A stretch of 64,000 nt of DNA from Bdellovibrionota bacterium (GCA_041391365.1 JAWKOC010000002.1:517300-581299), one strand, 5' to 3'; counted from the stretch's first letter, positions 32,464 to 42,289 are shown. Numbers and translations are program-made. The notes: generated from the letters alone by a model not told the origin.

Positions 32464-34191
32464 TCAAAACGCATTTTCTGAGTCGAAACTTATGTAGTCG
32501 GCGGTATCGTCAAAGCCATTTCGCTTTTGAACATCGATGACGGTTCCGATCCTTCGATAAAAGCGATACCAAGAGTAATAGGTTGGATCTTTCATCGAAA
32601 ACGCCCAGCAATAGTGTTCTGGATCCACCCGGTCTTCATACACAAGGTTGGCATAACTTTCGTCGAGTTTGATCTCAAAAAGAACATCTTTGGACGAAAA
32701 CTTTTTGTCGTGTTTCCACCAGAGAGAAAACCAAGATTTCGGCTCTGCCAAGCTCATCTTTTGTTCCTTAGCTTTTTGGCGCGCACCGATTCTGGGTCGG
32801 CTGACGTTCTCTTGTCTCAACCCCAATCCATACACTCCGGTACCCGCGAAATAACTGTTTTCACCGCTTCGTATTTTTTCCTCAAGGATTTGAATCCGAG
32901 GTTGAATGCGCACCAAATTTTCAGCATCGATTCCAAAATACGAGGGATTTTTTCGCTCTTCATACATGGTTTCAATGATTTCGTTGTAGCGTTTGATTTG
33001 CGGACGAATCTTGTACGTCATTTTTCGAACCACAGTGTAATAAGGTTTGAACAAATCAAAATCGTCGTTTTGATCGTCCACAAGGCCTTTGACCACTTTG
33101 GCGGCGTAGTCTGTGGGCCAGCTTTGAACCCGCTCATCCAAGCTTTGTTCTTGAATCTGTCGAACGACATCTTCAAATGCCAAAGCTTTGTATTCTTTGC
33201 TCTGACCTTTGGTTTCTCTATTTTTGATGACCGCTAGATTGAATAGATCCTTGTTGGCCGCAAAGTGAGCTCGGTCTCCATAGTATTGAAGTTTGGACAA
33301 CTGATAACACTGTTCAAACGATGGTCCACGATGAATCCCAATGGGTGTTTTTTCGACATAACTTTTGGGAATGCAAATCGATTCAAAGTCTGTTTTTCGA
33401 TACAGCTTGGCGGCCTCTAGTTGTTCTTCGAGTCGCTCTTTCTGCGCGTACAACCATTCCCACTGATGCGTGACTTTTTGATCGATGGTTTCCCTTTCAT
33501 GATTGTCGTTCTCGACTTCGGATCCGATCGGTTGGGTTTCAGTGGGTCTTTTTCTCAATTCATGTTCTCTCTCGAATGTTGCGATTCGAACATTCATCTG
33601 AGCGAGCTCTTTTTTCAATTGAGGCAATTGCCTCTCAATGGCAATGGAATCCACATCCAGCCATGAGATATAGTCCAAATCGATCACAATGATCGCTTTG
33701 TCGGTATGAGATGTGGAAGAAACATCTCGAAGATTTTTATTTCGATCAAGAGCTAGGATTTCAATTTTTGTGATCTGCCCTTTTTTTCCATGCGTGGTTC
33801 GAATCCAAGGCAAAAAGGGAATGAGCATTTCTTGGGTTTTCGCTTTGTCGCGCAAGTAGCCTGGCATGTTGAAATGGAGTTGAGGTGCCAATCTTTGATT
33901 CGAGGACGCATCCTTGTAAGAAATTTTATACAGTTTCTGGTGTTCATGGATGGATTCTGGATAGGACAGTACAAGTTCATGCCCCTTGTAACGAGCATCT
34001 TCTGACAATCTCAGGTCATCTTTTTCAGCGTTCAACGAAAGCTGCAGCCACTGTGGAAACATCAGCTCACCATGATAAGAAATATTCTCAAGAAATTTGT
34101 TGCACATCCGTGGATCGGCATTTGCGATCTGTAACGTGCTGAACACCACAGACACAAAATAAACAAGATGACGAAATGACGATTGCTTCAT
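32464..34191 (-). CDS. Secreted protein of unknown function with a central coiled-coil
   Basis: ORF 32464..34221. Signal peptide from MKQSSFRHLVYFVSVVFSTLQIANA. No recognisable catalytic motif. Confidence 0.45.
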   Translation of the reverse strand: MKQSSFRHLVYFVSVVFSTLQIANADPRMCNKFLENISYHGELMFPQWLQLSLNAEKDDLRLSEDARYKGHELVLSYPESIHEHQKLYKISYKDASSNQRLAPQLHFNMPGYLRDKAKTQEMLIPFLPWIRTTHGKKGQITKIEILALDRNKNLRDVSSTSHTDKAIIVIDLDYISWLDVDSIAIERQLPQLKKELAQMNVRIATFEREHELRKRPTETQPIGSEVENDNHERETIDQKVTHQWEWLYAQKERLEEQLEAAKLYRKTDFESICIPKSYVEKTPIGIHRGPSFEQCYQLSKLQYYGDRAHFAANKDLFNLAVIKNRETKGQSKEYKALAFEDVVRQIQEQSLDERVQSWPTDYAAKVVKGLVDDQNDDFDLFKPYYTVVRKMTYKIRPQIKRYNEIIETMYEERKNPSYFGIDAENLVRIQPRIQILEEKIRSGENSYFAGTGVYGLGLRQENVSRPRIGARQKAKEQKMSLAEPKSWFSLWWKHDKKFSSKDVLFEIKLDESYANLVYEDRVDPEHYCWAFSMKDPTYYSWYRFYRRIGTVIDVQKRNGFDDTADYISFDSENAF

Positions 34192-34294
34192 GATTTTTCC
34201 CTCTGGTGGGTGTTTATGCATGCTTCGACCTTCTTTTTCAACCCAAAAATGATGCGAATGGTCATTTCATCTGGTATCATGGAATTGGATCAAT

Positions 34295-35526
34295 TTGTGT
34301 TTTTGCGCTACATCCATTATGAAGGCCGCGGTTATGGAATCACTCTCGCTTGAAAAGCTTGAAAATATTATCATTTCATACATTTATGAAATCAGTTGGA
34401 ATCAAACCTGGGACGGACGAGCTCTGCCCCACGATGTTTTCAAATCCTACCTGTCTCATGTAGAAAAACTTTCCAATCTTTTTACCGTAGATCGCGGGCA
34501 GATGGGAATTCGATATTTTCGAAAAAAAGAAAATCGAATCGCTTATTTTCTCTATTTTCACTTGGCCAATATGATGAGAACTCGGGCCATCATCACGGAA
34601 ATGAAAAAAAGAAAAGTATGGCCCAAACAAATCGATCATGTGATGGATTTGGGAACAGGTTCAGGAGCTTCCATCTGGGCATTCGGAGAGGAAATGTCTT
34701 CGATCAAAGACAAACCCAAGAGCATCTTGGCCTTGGACGAAGATCGTGCGATTCTCAAAGACGCGGAGAAACTTTGGACACTTTATGGTCAAGCCAGAGA
34801 GATGGATCTGCCCGATCTTTCCTGTCATAAGGTTGATTTGCTCAGTCTCAAAGGGCTGGAGGCGCTTCATCTGAAAAAAAAATTGGACGTGATTTTTTGT
34901 TCCAATTTGGTCAATGAGTTTTCACTGATTTCTGAATCCGGAAAAATTTCTCTATTCCGTTACCTTGTGGACAGCCTGCTGAGTGATGATGGCGTATTGG
35001 TGATCATGGAACCTGCTTCCAAAGAAATTTCCAGAGATTTGATCCAACTTCGTGCGATGCTTTTGGATTGCATTGACATTCACATTCCTCTGCCTTGTTC
35101 GGGCACTCATGCATGTCCCCTGGTAGCTGATCGAGAGGACTGGTGTCATTTGATACGACCTGGGACATTCCTCCCATCAAGCACCGTCTGGAAAAAGAAT
35201 TGCATCGCGATAGCTCTACTCTGAAGTATTCCTACATCGTGGTTCGAAAAGGCAAACAGGATGCAAAAAGACGATCCACCTATCGAGCACTGAGTCCCAT
35301 GCTCAAACACGAAAAGGGTGGTCACTTTGTGGTGCTATGTTCTGATTTCGATACATTTTTGGTTCACAGCCCCAAGGGGGACAAAGAAACCAAATCAAAA
35401 ATCAAATCGATCACCCGAGGAGATTTGGTGCGTTTGAAAGACGTGGCCCAACCAACCGAGCAGCCCAGTGATCAGCACTCCCGTGAAATTCTGCTTGATC
35501 AGCACTCCATTGTAGAAATTCTCTAG
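34295..35526 (+). CDS. Rsm22-like class I SAM-dependent methyltransferase with C-terminal Cys-rich motif (apparent frameshift)
   Basis: ORF 34295..35224 has the SAM-binding motif VMDLGTGSGAS and CSGTHACP...WCH. ORF 35143..35526 continues in another frame. An A5 run at 35192..35196 is a candidate indel site. Confidence 0.5.
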
Positions 35527-35972
35527 TGTCTGCTTTGGATTCATCGTTGTCTTCTTCCAATCCACTCAAAGTTTCTGCTGGAGTGATTTTTACTCCTCAG
35601 AGACAGATTCTCGTGGGCAAGCGCAGACAATGGGATCGAGGCGGAGGTCTGTGGGAATTTCCTGGTGGAAAACTTGAACAGGAAGAAAATTTTCTTGAAG
35701 CTTTGGTACGAGAACTATCAGAGGAGTTGGAAAAAACCTTTACGAATGTTTTCCCTTTGCATGAGGCTCACTACGATTATCCAACCCACTCGGTGTGGAT
35801 TGTTTTTTTTGGTTGCCCTGTTTCTTCACCATGGGAGGTAAAGTCCACGGCGCACGATGAGGTTCAATGGATGGAACTGTCTGAACTTTCCAGATTGGAA
35901 TTTTTGCAGGCCAATCAAGAACTGGTCAAAAAACTTCCAATTTTGCTTTCGCCGTTTACAACGACAGCTTGA
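35526..35972 (+). CDS. NUDIX hydrolase (MutT-like)
   Basis: Nudix box GGKLEQEENFLEALVRELSEELE. Confidence 0.8.
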   Translation: MSALDSSLSSSNPLKVSAGVIFTPQRQILVGKRRQWDRGGGLWEFPGGKLEQEENFLEALVRELSEELEKTFTNVFPLHEAHYDYPTHSVWIVFFGCPVSSPWEVKSTAHDEVQWMELSELSRLEFLQANQELVKKLPILLSPFTTTA

Positions 35973-36342
35973 GCGAAGAAATATATTCTTGGATCTTTTG
36001 CTCTTGTTCTTGCGAAACTTCCAAAAATTGCACGCCCATTCCTGTCCCATTGGGTTCTGCTTTGCCTGGCTGGATATAGGTCCATGCAACGCGGGCTTTG
36101 AGTGTAATGGGATCCTGTTGATCCGGAAGTGCGAACGAGATTTCCAACTGACTCCCCACCGCAGCTGGTTTGGGATGTTGAATGAACGCCCCCCCTTTGG
36201 ATAGGTTGGATAGTTTGCTCAAATAATACGGACCTAGACTCTTCAGATTCACATCGATTTTGACGGGGGTCCGAGTTCCACGTTTTCGACGCTCTTTATC
36301 ATCGACGTACATTGTTATAATGATAGCATAAATTCGCTTCAT
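35956..36342 (-). CDS. PilZ-domain protein (c-di-GMP receptor)
   Basis: RRKRGTR (RxxxR) and NLSKGGAF (DxSxGG-like) PilZ motifs. Confidence 0.65.
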   Translation of the reverse strand: MKRIYAIIITMYVDDKERRKRGTRTPVKIDVNLKSLGPYYLSKLSNLSKGGAFIQHPKPAAVGSQLEISFALPDQQDPITLKARVAWTYIQPGKAEPNGTGMGVQFLEVSQEQEQKIQEYISSLKLSL

Positions 36343-36436
36343 GCCTTATTTTTTCTGTCGGAAAACTGTCCATGAAATCATTTTGTGTTAGTAAGAGACT
36401 TCGTCCGTTTGTAAAGCAACCCAAGAAGGAGAAAAC

Positions 36437-37354
36437 ATGGAAAAAGTGATCATCATTGGTTCGGGACCTGCTGGATTGACAGCCGCGTTGTACACGAGTC
36501 GAGCTCTTTTATCTCCCTTGATGATCGAAGGCTATGAAGCTGGTGGACAGCTCATGACCACGACGGAAGTAGAAAACTTCCCTGGGTTTCCTGCTGGAAT
36601 CATGGGGCCTGACTTGATGAAAAATTTTCGGGATCAGGCAGAGCGATTCGGAACCCGAATGATCACCAAAGATGTTACCAAGGTTGATTTTTCTCAAAAG
36701 CCATACAAGGTGTTTGTGGGAGACGAATGCTATCAGACAGAATCCGTGATCATTTCTACGGGAGCCAAAGCGAAACTTCTGGGCATTGATGGAGAAATGG
36801 GTTTGATGGGCAAAGGAGTTTCGACCTGTGCTACGTGTGATGGGGCTTTTTTTCGAGATCAGGAGTTGGCGATTGTGGGGGGTGGAGATACCGCCATGGA
36901 AGAAGCCATCTTTTTGACCCGTTTCGCCTCCAAAGTTACGGTGATTCACCGTCGAAGTGATCTTCGCGCTTCGCAAATCATGCAAGAAAAAGCTCGCAAA
37001 AATCCCAAAATCGAATGGATATGGAATACCGTGGTCAAGCAAGCCCACGGGGAAAAAGAATTGGAATATCTGACCTTGGAAAACATCGTCGATCATTCCA
37101 CCTCAACCTTTGCATGTCAGGGCCTGTTTGTGGCCATTGGACATGAACCCAACTCCAAACTTTTTGAAGGTCAACTGACACTCAAAGACAATGGGTACAT
37201 CATGACCAAAGATGGATCCAAAACCAATCTGGAAGGTGTGTTTGCGTGCGGCGATGTTCAGGATGATGCCTACCGACAAGCGATTACGGCGGCGGGAAGT
37301 GGTTGCATGGCTGCGATTGATTGTGAACGTTATCTGGAAAGTCTCGAAGGATAG
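36437..37354 (+). CDS. trxB: Thioredoxin reductase
   Basis: GSGPAG FAD-binding motif, CATCDG redox centre and GGGDTA NADPH-binding motif. Confidence 0.93.
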   Translation: MEKVIIIGSGPAGLTAALYTSRALLSPLMIEGYEAGGQLMTTTEVENFPGFPAGIMGPDLMKNFRDQAERFGTRMITKDVTKVDFSQKPYKVFVGDECYQTESVIISTGAKAKLLGIDGEMGLMGKGVSTCATCDGAFFRDQELAIVGGGDTAMEEAIFLTRFASKVTVIHRRSDLRASQIMQEKARKNPKIEWIWNTVVKQAHGEKELEYLTLENIVDHSTSTFACQGLFVAIGHEPNSKLFEGQLTLKDNGYIMTKDGSKTNLEGVFACGDVQDDAYRQAITAAGSGCMAAIDCERYLESLEG

Positions 37355-37356
37355 CG

Positions 37357-37833
37357 ATGAAACCCCTCGCTTGGACGTATCTTAGCCTTGGGGCCATTTT
37401 TGGGCTGCTACTCATTGAACTCTTGTCTTCCTTTGGTGTATTTGGGCAACACATTGAGTGGAGTCCAGTTGTAGCTTCTCTGTTGATGGGGTGGTGGGGA
37501 GTGCTGGTCTGGAATTTTTTTCAAATCCGCAAGCAGATCCATCTTGCACCTGTCGATGGTGTAGACACAAAAGAAAAAGTAGACTTGCACAAAAGAGTTT
37601 CCAAACATTTGATCAGTTTGGGTTTGGGAGGAGCGTTTTTGCTTCTGATGGTGTTGACAGGCTTTTTGGCTCAGCGAGGATGGTTGGCAAGCTATCATCA
37701 GTCTTTTGGTATGATCGGTGTGGTGGTGCTGGTTCATACGTTGACCAAAACCTTGAACGTTTCGATGAGACTTCGTAGTCATTGGGTTGATGCATCTCGA
37801 GAAATGGAGGGAAACAAACATGGCGAGTCCTAA
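37357..37833 (+). CDS. Membrane protein of unknown function
   Basis: Four predicted TM helices. No recognisable motif. Confidence 0.4.
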   Translation: MKPLAWTYLSLGAIFGLLLIELLSSFGVFGQHIEWSPVVASLLMGWWGVLVWNFFQIRKQIHLAPVDGVDTKEKVDLHKRVSKHLISLGLGGAFLLLMVLTGFLAQRGWLASYHQSFGMIGVVVLVHTLTKTLNVSMRLRSHWVDASREMEGNKHGES

Positions 37834-38566
37834 AACATTTCAATTGATTGGTCATCGTGGGTTTCCCGCGATGGCGCCGGAAAACACTTTGAGTTCTATC
37901 GATCTGGCCATAGAGGCAGAGGCTGACATGATCGAGATTGACGTGAGTTTTACACGCGACAAAAAAATTGTGGTCATTCATGATGATACTCTTCAACGCA
38001 CCACCAATGGCAAAGGAAAAGTTCGAGACATGAATTGGTCTGTCATTGAAAAACTGGACGCTGGGTCATGGTTTTCCGAAGAATTTGAAGGCGAGGGGGT
38101 TCCTCTGCTGAAAGACGTATTGGAAAAAGTAGCTTTGAGCCAGATGCCTCTGAACATCGAAATCAAAAGCGAATCTGTTGGATCAGAACTTTCTGGAGGG
38201 ATTGAAGAGCAGGTTTTGGAGATGGTTCGCCGCGAATATCAATTGAAGCAAGTTGTATTCTCATCTTTTTCGTCGCTGGCCGTTCGGCGGATCAAACAAT
38301 TGGAGCCCCATTCCAGTAGTGCGTTGATCTTGGAACATGAACTCTCACAAGATCCAATGTATTTGATTCAAGACTTGTCGATCGACGCCATTCACATGAA
38401 TCAAAAAAAAACCACTTCATCACACGTGGAAGTATGCAAACAAGCTGGACTCACGGTCCGATGTTACACGGTCAATGATCCGAGGCGCATGCAGGATTTG
38501 CGAAACATGGGGGTTGATGGAATTTTTACAGATGATTTGTCCCTGATGAAAGCCGCAATCTCTTAA
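37820..38566 (+). CDS. Glycerophosphodiester phosphodiesterase
   Basis: GDPD motifs (HRGFPAMAPENT, EIDV...D). Start taken at MASPKTFQ. Confidence 0.8.
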   Translation: MASPKTFQLIGHRGFPAMAPENTLSSIDLAIEAEADMIEIDVSFTRDKKIVVIHDDTLQRTTNGKGKVRDMNWSVIEKLDAGSWFSEEFEGEGVPLLKDVLEKVALSQMPLNIEIKSESVGSELSGGIEEQVLEMVRREYQLKQVVFSSFSSLAVRRIKQLEPHSSSALILEHELSQDPMYLIQDLSIDAIHMNQKKTTSSHVEVCKQAGLTVRCYTVNDPRRMQDLRNMGVDGIFTDDLSLMKAAIS

Positions 38567-38585
38567 GGCATAGAGAGTTTTTGGT

Positions 38586-39893
38586 TTACCAGTCTTGAAT
38601 TTCGGGGAAGGGAAGCCCTGGACGAGCAAAGAAATAACCTTGTGCATAGTCGATGCCCAGCTCTTCGACAACTTCCAAATCGCTTTTCGACTCAATGCCC
38701 TCTGCGATGGTTTTGGCACCGATAGACTTGGATAGCACATGCAAGGCATAGAGCATTTCTTTTTTTGCAGTACTCTGATGAATGCCACGAATGATGGAAG
38801 CATCGATTTTCACAAATTCAGGCTTAAGTTCCATGATGGCCTCAAGACTGGAATATCCTGCGCCCACATCGTCGATGGCAATGCGAATACCCTCGTTGGT
38901 GTAATGAGTGATGGCTTTTCGAAAATGATTGAAATGTTCAATGGCATTTTTTTCTGTGATTTCAAACACAACGTCTTCAATGGGAATGCCATTCTTTTCC
39001 AAAAATTTCACAAAGGCTTTGGCATTGAATTCAGGATCAAAAATCAGATTGGGAAATGTATTCACAAAAAGTTTTCGCCCGGGTTTTTTTCCTTTGGCGT
39101 TGATGATGGCTTTTTTTCTACACAACCGATCCAAATCGAACAGCAAACCAATCTCTTCAGCCAAGGTAAACAAAATTACGGGAGATTCAATTTCAGAATT
39201 TTTGGGACCTCGTGAAAGTGCCTCGTACCCAAAAATCTCATGAGTCTTGATTTCTACAATGGGTTGATACAGTGAGACCACTTTTTCTTCCAAAATGATC
39301 TTTTGAAAGCGCCCTCGGTTTTTCAACTCATTTTGAGAGTTTTGCAAAGCTGCAATGGTTTTGGCTTCGTCCACCAAATTGAAAATTGTTCTTCGAGGAT
39401 GGATCATGGGATTGTACACGGCCAAAGAATAGCCCACATTGATTTTGGGCAGCCGATTGAGATAATTGTACAAATCCAAAAACAAGGTTTGATAAAGATA
39501 GCTTTGAACTCTTTCGCACACCATCTCCACATCTTCTTTGTACAGAACATGATCTGGATTTTCATCGCGGGGTTCAAAAAGGAAAATCACGTAGGAATAT
39601 CCCTGCACTTCGGTCAAGGCTACAATGTCATTTTTCCGAATGACCACACCTTGCATGCTCAATAGAGCACGAGCCACCTTGGCCATGACACTGTCAAAAA
39701 AGGTCGAGCCAAACTTGTCTTCAATGGTCGCGAGCTGTGTGCCATCTACATACAGGACCCCCAGCGAGTTTTCTTTCATCAAGGCTTCTTCTAGCTCGGG
39801 AAGGAAAACAAGATAGCTAGACAGGTTTCGTTGGTCATCGATCAAACGATTTTTAAAGTTCCGATTCAATGCTTCTAGTGTACTGAAATCCAA
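38586..39893 (-). CDS. EAL-domain c-di-GMP phosphodiesterase with degenerate N-terminal GGDEF-like region
   Basis: EAL motif FGYEALSRG and downstream catalytic residues (DDVGAGYSSL, EGIES). The N-terminal 200 aa are GGDEF-like but lack the GGDEF motif. Confidence 0.75.
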   Translation of the reverse strand: MDFSTLEALNRNFKNRLIDDQRNLSSYLVFLPELEEALMKENSLGVLYVDGTQLATIEDKFGSTFFDSVMAKVARALLSMQGVVIRKNDIVALTEVQGYSYVIFLFEPRDENPDHVLYKEDVEMVCERVQSYLYQTLFLDLYNYLNRLPKINVGYSLAVYNPMIHPRRTIFNLVDEAKTIAALQNSQNELKNRGRFQKIILEEKVVSLYQPIVEIKTHEIFGYEALSRGPKNSEIESPVILFTLAEEIGLLFDLDRLCRKKAIINAKGKKPGRKLFVNTFPNLIFDPEFNAKAFVKFLEKNGIPIEDVVFEITEKNAIEHFNHFRKAITHYTNEGIRIAIDDVGAGYSSLEAIMELKPEFVKIDASIIRGIHQSTAKKEMLYALHVLSKSIGAKTIAEGIESKSDLEVVEELGIDYAQGYFFARPGLPFPEIQDW

Positions 39894-39975
39894 AAAATTT
39901 GTCGAACAAAAAGAAGTGCTTAGGTCTAGGCAACCAAGGATGAAAAGGCCTGCGCCTTGTGTCTAGAATAGAATC

Positions 39976-40557
39976 TTATTCCATCACAATGGAGTGACGA
40001 AAACAGTCCACCAGATGATCATTGACCATGCCTGTCGCCTGCATGAAGGCATAGCAGATGGTGCTTCCCACAAAGGAACACCCTCGCTTTTTGAGGTCTT
40101 TGCTCATTCGATCACTCTCTTCGGTTTTGCCGGGAACTTTTTTCAGGGTTGCGCATTTGTGGTCAATGGTTTGGCCGCCCACAAATGACCATATGTATTG
40201 ATCAAAACTTTTGAATTCTTTCTGAATGGCGAGAACGGCTTTCGCATTTTTTCGCACGGAAAAAACTTTGAGGCGATTGCGTACAATGCCCGGATTGGTC
40301 AAGATTTTTTCAAGCGACGCGTCAGTCATGCGAGCGACTTTTTCAATCTCAAAGTTTTTGAACAGGTTTCGGTAGTTTTCTCGTTTTCCAAGAATGGTTT
40401 CCCAGCTCAATCCCGCCTGAGCCCCTTCCAAAATCAGCATTTCGAATAGTTTTCGATCATTGTGGACAGGTACGCCCCACTCTTGATCGTGGTATTGGAT
40501 GTAGGCCGGGTTCGATTCCTTGGCCCATGGACAACGTGTGACAACAGCTCTCGACAT
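39976..40557 (-). CDS. tag: DNA-3-methyladenine glycosylase I
   Basis: Tag family sequence (CPWAKESNPAYIQYHDQEWGVPVHND...). Confidence 0.88.
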   Translation of the reverse strand: MSRAVVTRCPWAKESNPAYIQYHDQEWGVPVHNDRKLFEMLILEGAQAGLSWETILGKRENYRNLFKNFEIEKVARMTDASLEKILTNPGIVRNRLKVFSVRKNAKAVLAIQKEFKSFDQYIWSFVGGQTIDHKCATLKKVPGKTEESDRMSKDLKKRGCSFVGSTICYAFMQATGMVNDHLVDCFRHSIVME

Positions 40558-40623
40558 AGGAAAAACATCATAGATTTGTGGGGTATAAGGTCAAGAAAAC
40601 CTCCCCTTGAAAAATGCATTCTT

Positions 40624-40650
40624 TTAGCATACCCTATAGGGGTATGCTAA
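40624..40650. promoter_or_regulatory. Perfect 11-bp inverted repeat resembling a CsoR operator (TACCC-N-GGGGTA class)
   Basis: TTAGCATACCC-tatag-GGGTATGCTAA. It overlaps the AGGGG RBS and the ATG (40644) of the downstream secreted-protein gene. TTGAAA lies at 40607..40612. Confidence 0.55.
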
Positions 40651-41147
40651 AGTTCTCCCTTCTATTCACATTTTTGATTTGCTGGGCCATCAGTGTGAAC
40701 ATCTGGGCTCATCCTGTATCCTATGAGGGGTCTTTGCCCGTGACGTTCAATTCAGCTCCCAGGATGTCAGAAATCCAGGCTGTATATTCTTTGAAATACT
40801 GGTTTGCACTTGGAGCTCACAGTTTTTTTCTTCGCCAAGGTTCGGGAGATCGATATGCCTCGTATGCCAAAGCCAACCTGTTGGCCAAAAGATGGAATCT
40901 TACCGATGCTCAAGGGAATTTATATTTATGGGGTGGTGTAGGTTCGTGGTGGCAAGATGGTGCGGTGCCCTCATATTTGACGGGAGGCCAAGTTGATTTT
41001 GAAACCCAGCGGCTTTTTCTTTCATCACTGATTCAACATGCATGGAATCAAAACCGGGGAGACTTTCAAACGATCAAAGGTAGAGTGGGTGTTGCGCCTT
41101 ATGTTGCTGACTTTGACGAAGTTCAAACATGGTTCATGGTGCGGTAG
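40644..41147 (+). CDS. Secreted protein of unknown function (candidate copper-responsive periplasmic protein)
   Basis: ORF 40614..41147. Internal start gives signal peptide MLKFSLLFTFLICWAISVNIWA. Preceded by the CsoR-box-like palindrome. Confidence 0.45.
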   Translation: MLKFSLLFTFLICWAISVNIWAHPVSYEGSLPVTFNSAPRMSEIQAVYSLKYWFALGAHSFFLRQGSGDRYASYAKANLLAKRWNLTDAQGNLYLWGGVGSWWQDGAVPSYLTGGQVDFETQRLFLSSLIQHAWNQNRGDFQTIKGRVGVAPYVADFDEVQTWFMVR

Positions 41148-41296
41148 AGCACTCCAAGGCTTTTGATGATTCTTGGATGGTGACACCCTTGTTGAGATTT
41201 TTTTATCGAAATGTTCTTTGGGAAATTGGTAGCTCAACTCAAGGAGATTATTGGTTGTCACTCATGGCACATTTTGATGTGTAAGAAAGGAACAAA

Positions 41297-41632
41297 ATGA
41301 ATATCAAAAAATCAGCAATGCATCTTATGATTTTGGGGGCGATTCTTTTTTCAGGGAGCTTCGCATGGGCGGAACAATACAAGGTAAAGGTTCAGGGAAT
41401 GGTCTGTGCTCTTTGTGCCCAGGGAATTGAGAAAAAATTATCCAAGGAGTTTGGCAAGGAGCTCAAAAATGTGGATGTAGACTTGAATCACAAAATCGTG
41501 TCCATAGACTTTGAAAAAGAAGAGGAAAAAGAGCGAATTAAAAAGGCGATTGAAAAAGCTGGATATGCAGTAACATCAATAGAAAAAATCCCCGATCAGA
41601 CTCCAGCCTCCAATGGAGAAAAAAATCAATGA
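41297..41632 (+). CDS. Periplasmic heavy-metal-associated (HMA) protein, MerP/CopZ-like
   Basis: Signal peptide plus the GMVCALCAQ metal-binding motif (GMxCxxC). Confidence 0.75.
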   Translation: MNIKKSAMHLMILGAILFSGSFAWAEQYKVKVQGMVCALCAQGIEKKLSKEFGKELKNVDVDLNHKIVSIDFEKEEEKERIKKAIEKAGYAVTSIEKIPDQTPASNGEKNQ

Positions 41633-41991
41633 GAAAGCTAGCATCCATCGTATCATTGTTTGCGTCTTCGGGGACACTCTTGTGCTGTGCTTTGCCATCT
41701 TTGTTGGTTTTGGCAGGGGCAGGGGCGAGTGTTGCAGGATTGATCTCTGCGTTTCCTCAGATCACAGGGCTTTCCGAAAACAAAAGCTGGGTTTTTGGAA
41801 TCGGGGCGGTGATGCTTTTGGTGGCGGGTGGACTGCAGTGGTCCTCGAGAAATAGGATGTGTCCATCGGATGAACAGCAAAAAGAAGCGTGTGACACCAG
41901 TCGAAAAGGGTCGATGATCGTATACTGGGTTTCTCTAGCTTTTTATCTTGTGGGTGTTTTTGTAAGTTTTGTTTTGCCTAGGTTCGTATGA
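41629..41991 (+). CDS. MerT-like heavy-metal transport membrane protein
   Basis: First TM helix with GTLLCCALPSLLVLAG (the MerT Cys-Cys motif). A second Cys pair lies in the cytoplasmic loop (CPSDEQQKEAC). ATGA overlap with the upstream HMA gene. Confidence 0.65.
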   Translation: MRKLASIVSLFASSGTLLCCALPSLLVLAGAGASVAGLISAFPQITGLSENKSWVFGIGAVMLLVAGGLQWSSRNRMCPSDEQQKEACDTSRKGSMIVYWVSLAFYLVGVFVSFVLPRFV

Positions 41992-42266
41992 TGAAACATC
42001 CAGAACATCGCAATCAATTGAAGCAGTTGAACCGAATCATCGGACAATTGCAAGGTGTGAAAAAAATGATCGAGGAAGGTCGGTACTGCATGGACATTTT
42101 GATGCAGGCCAAAGCCGCTGAATCTTCACTTCGTTCGTTGGAAAGAAAAATTTTAGACACTCACTTGCATGGGTGTGTGTATCAAGCTTTTTCGCAGCCA
42201 TTGAGTCAAACAGAAGCTGAAAAAAAGATCGAGGAGATTTCCTCGTTTTTGAAAACGTTTCGATAG
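41988..42266 (+). CDS. CsoR/RcnR/FrmR-family metal-sensing transcriptional repressor
   Basis: DUF156 signature LKQLNRIIGQLQGVKKMIEEGRYCMDILMQ...H..C. ATGA overlap with the merT-like gene. Confidence 0.8.
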   Translation: MMKHPEHRNQLKQLNRIIGQLQGVKKMIEEGRYCMDILMQAKAAESSLRSLERKILDTHLHGCVYQAFSQPLSQTEAEKKIEEISSFLKTFR

Positions 42267-42289
42267 ATTTTTTGTGGAATGATCGAGGC

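Noticed and set aside
41148-41296. Sigma-54 promoter upstream of the HMA gene (TGGCAC at about 41270)
   Set aside because: A TGGCAC hexamer is present, but there is no GC/TTGC -12 element at the required 10-nt spacing.
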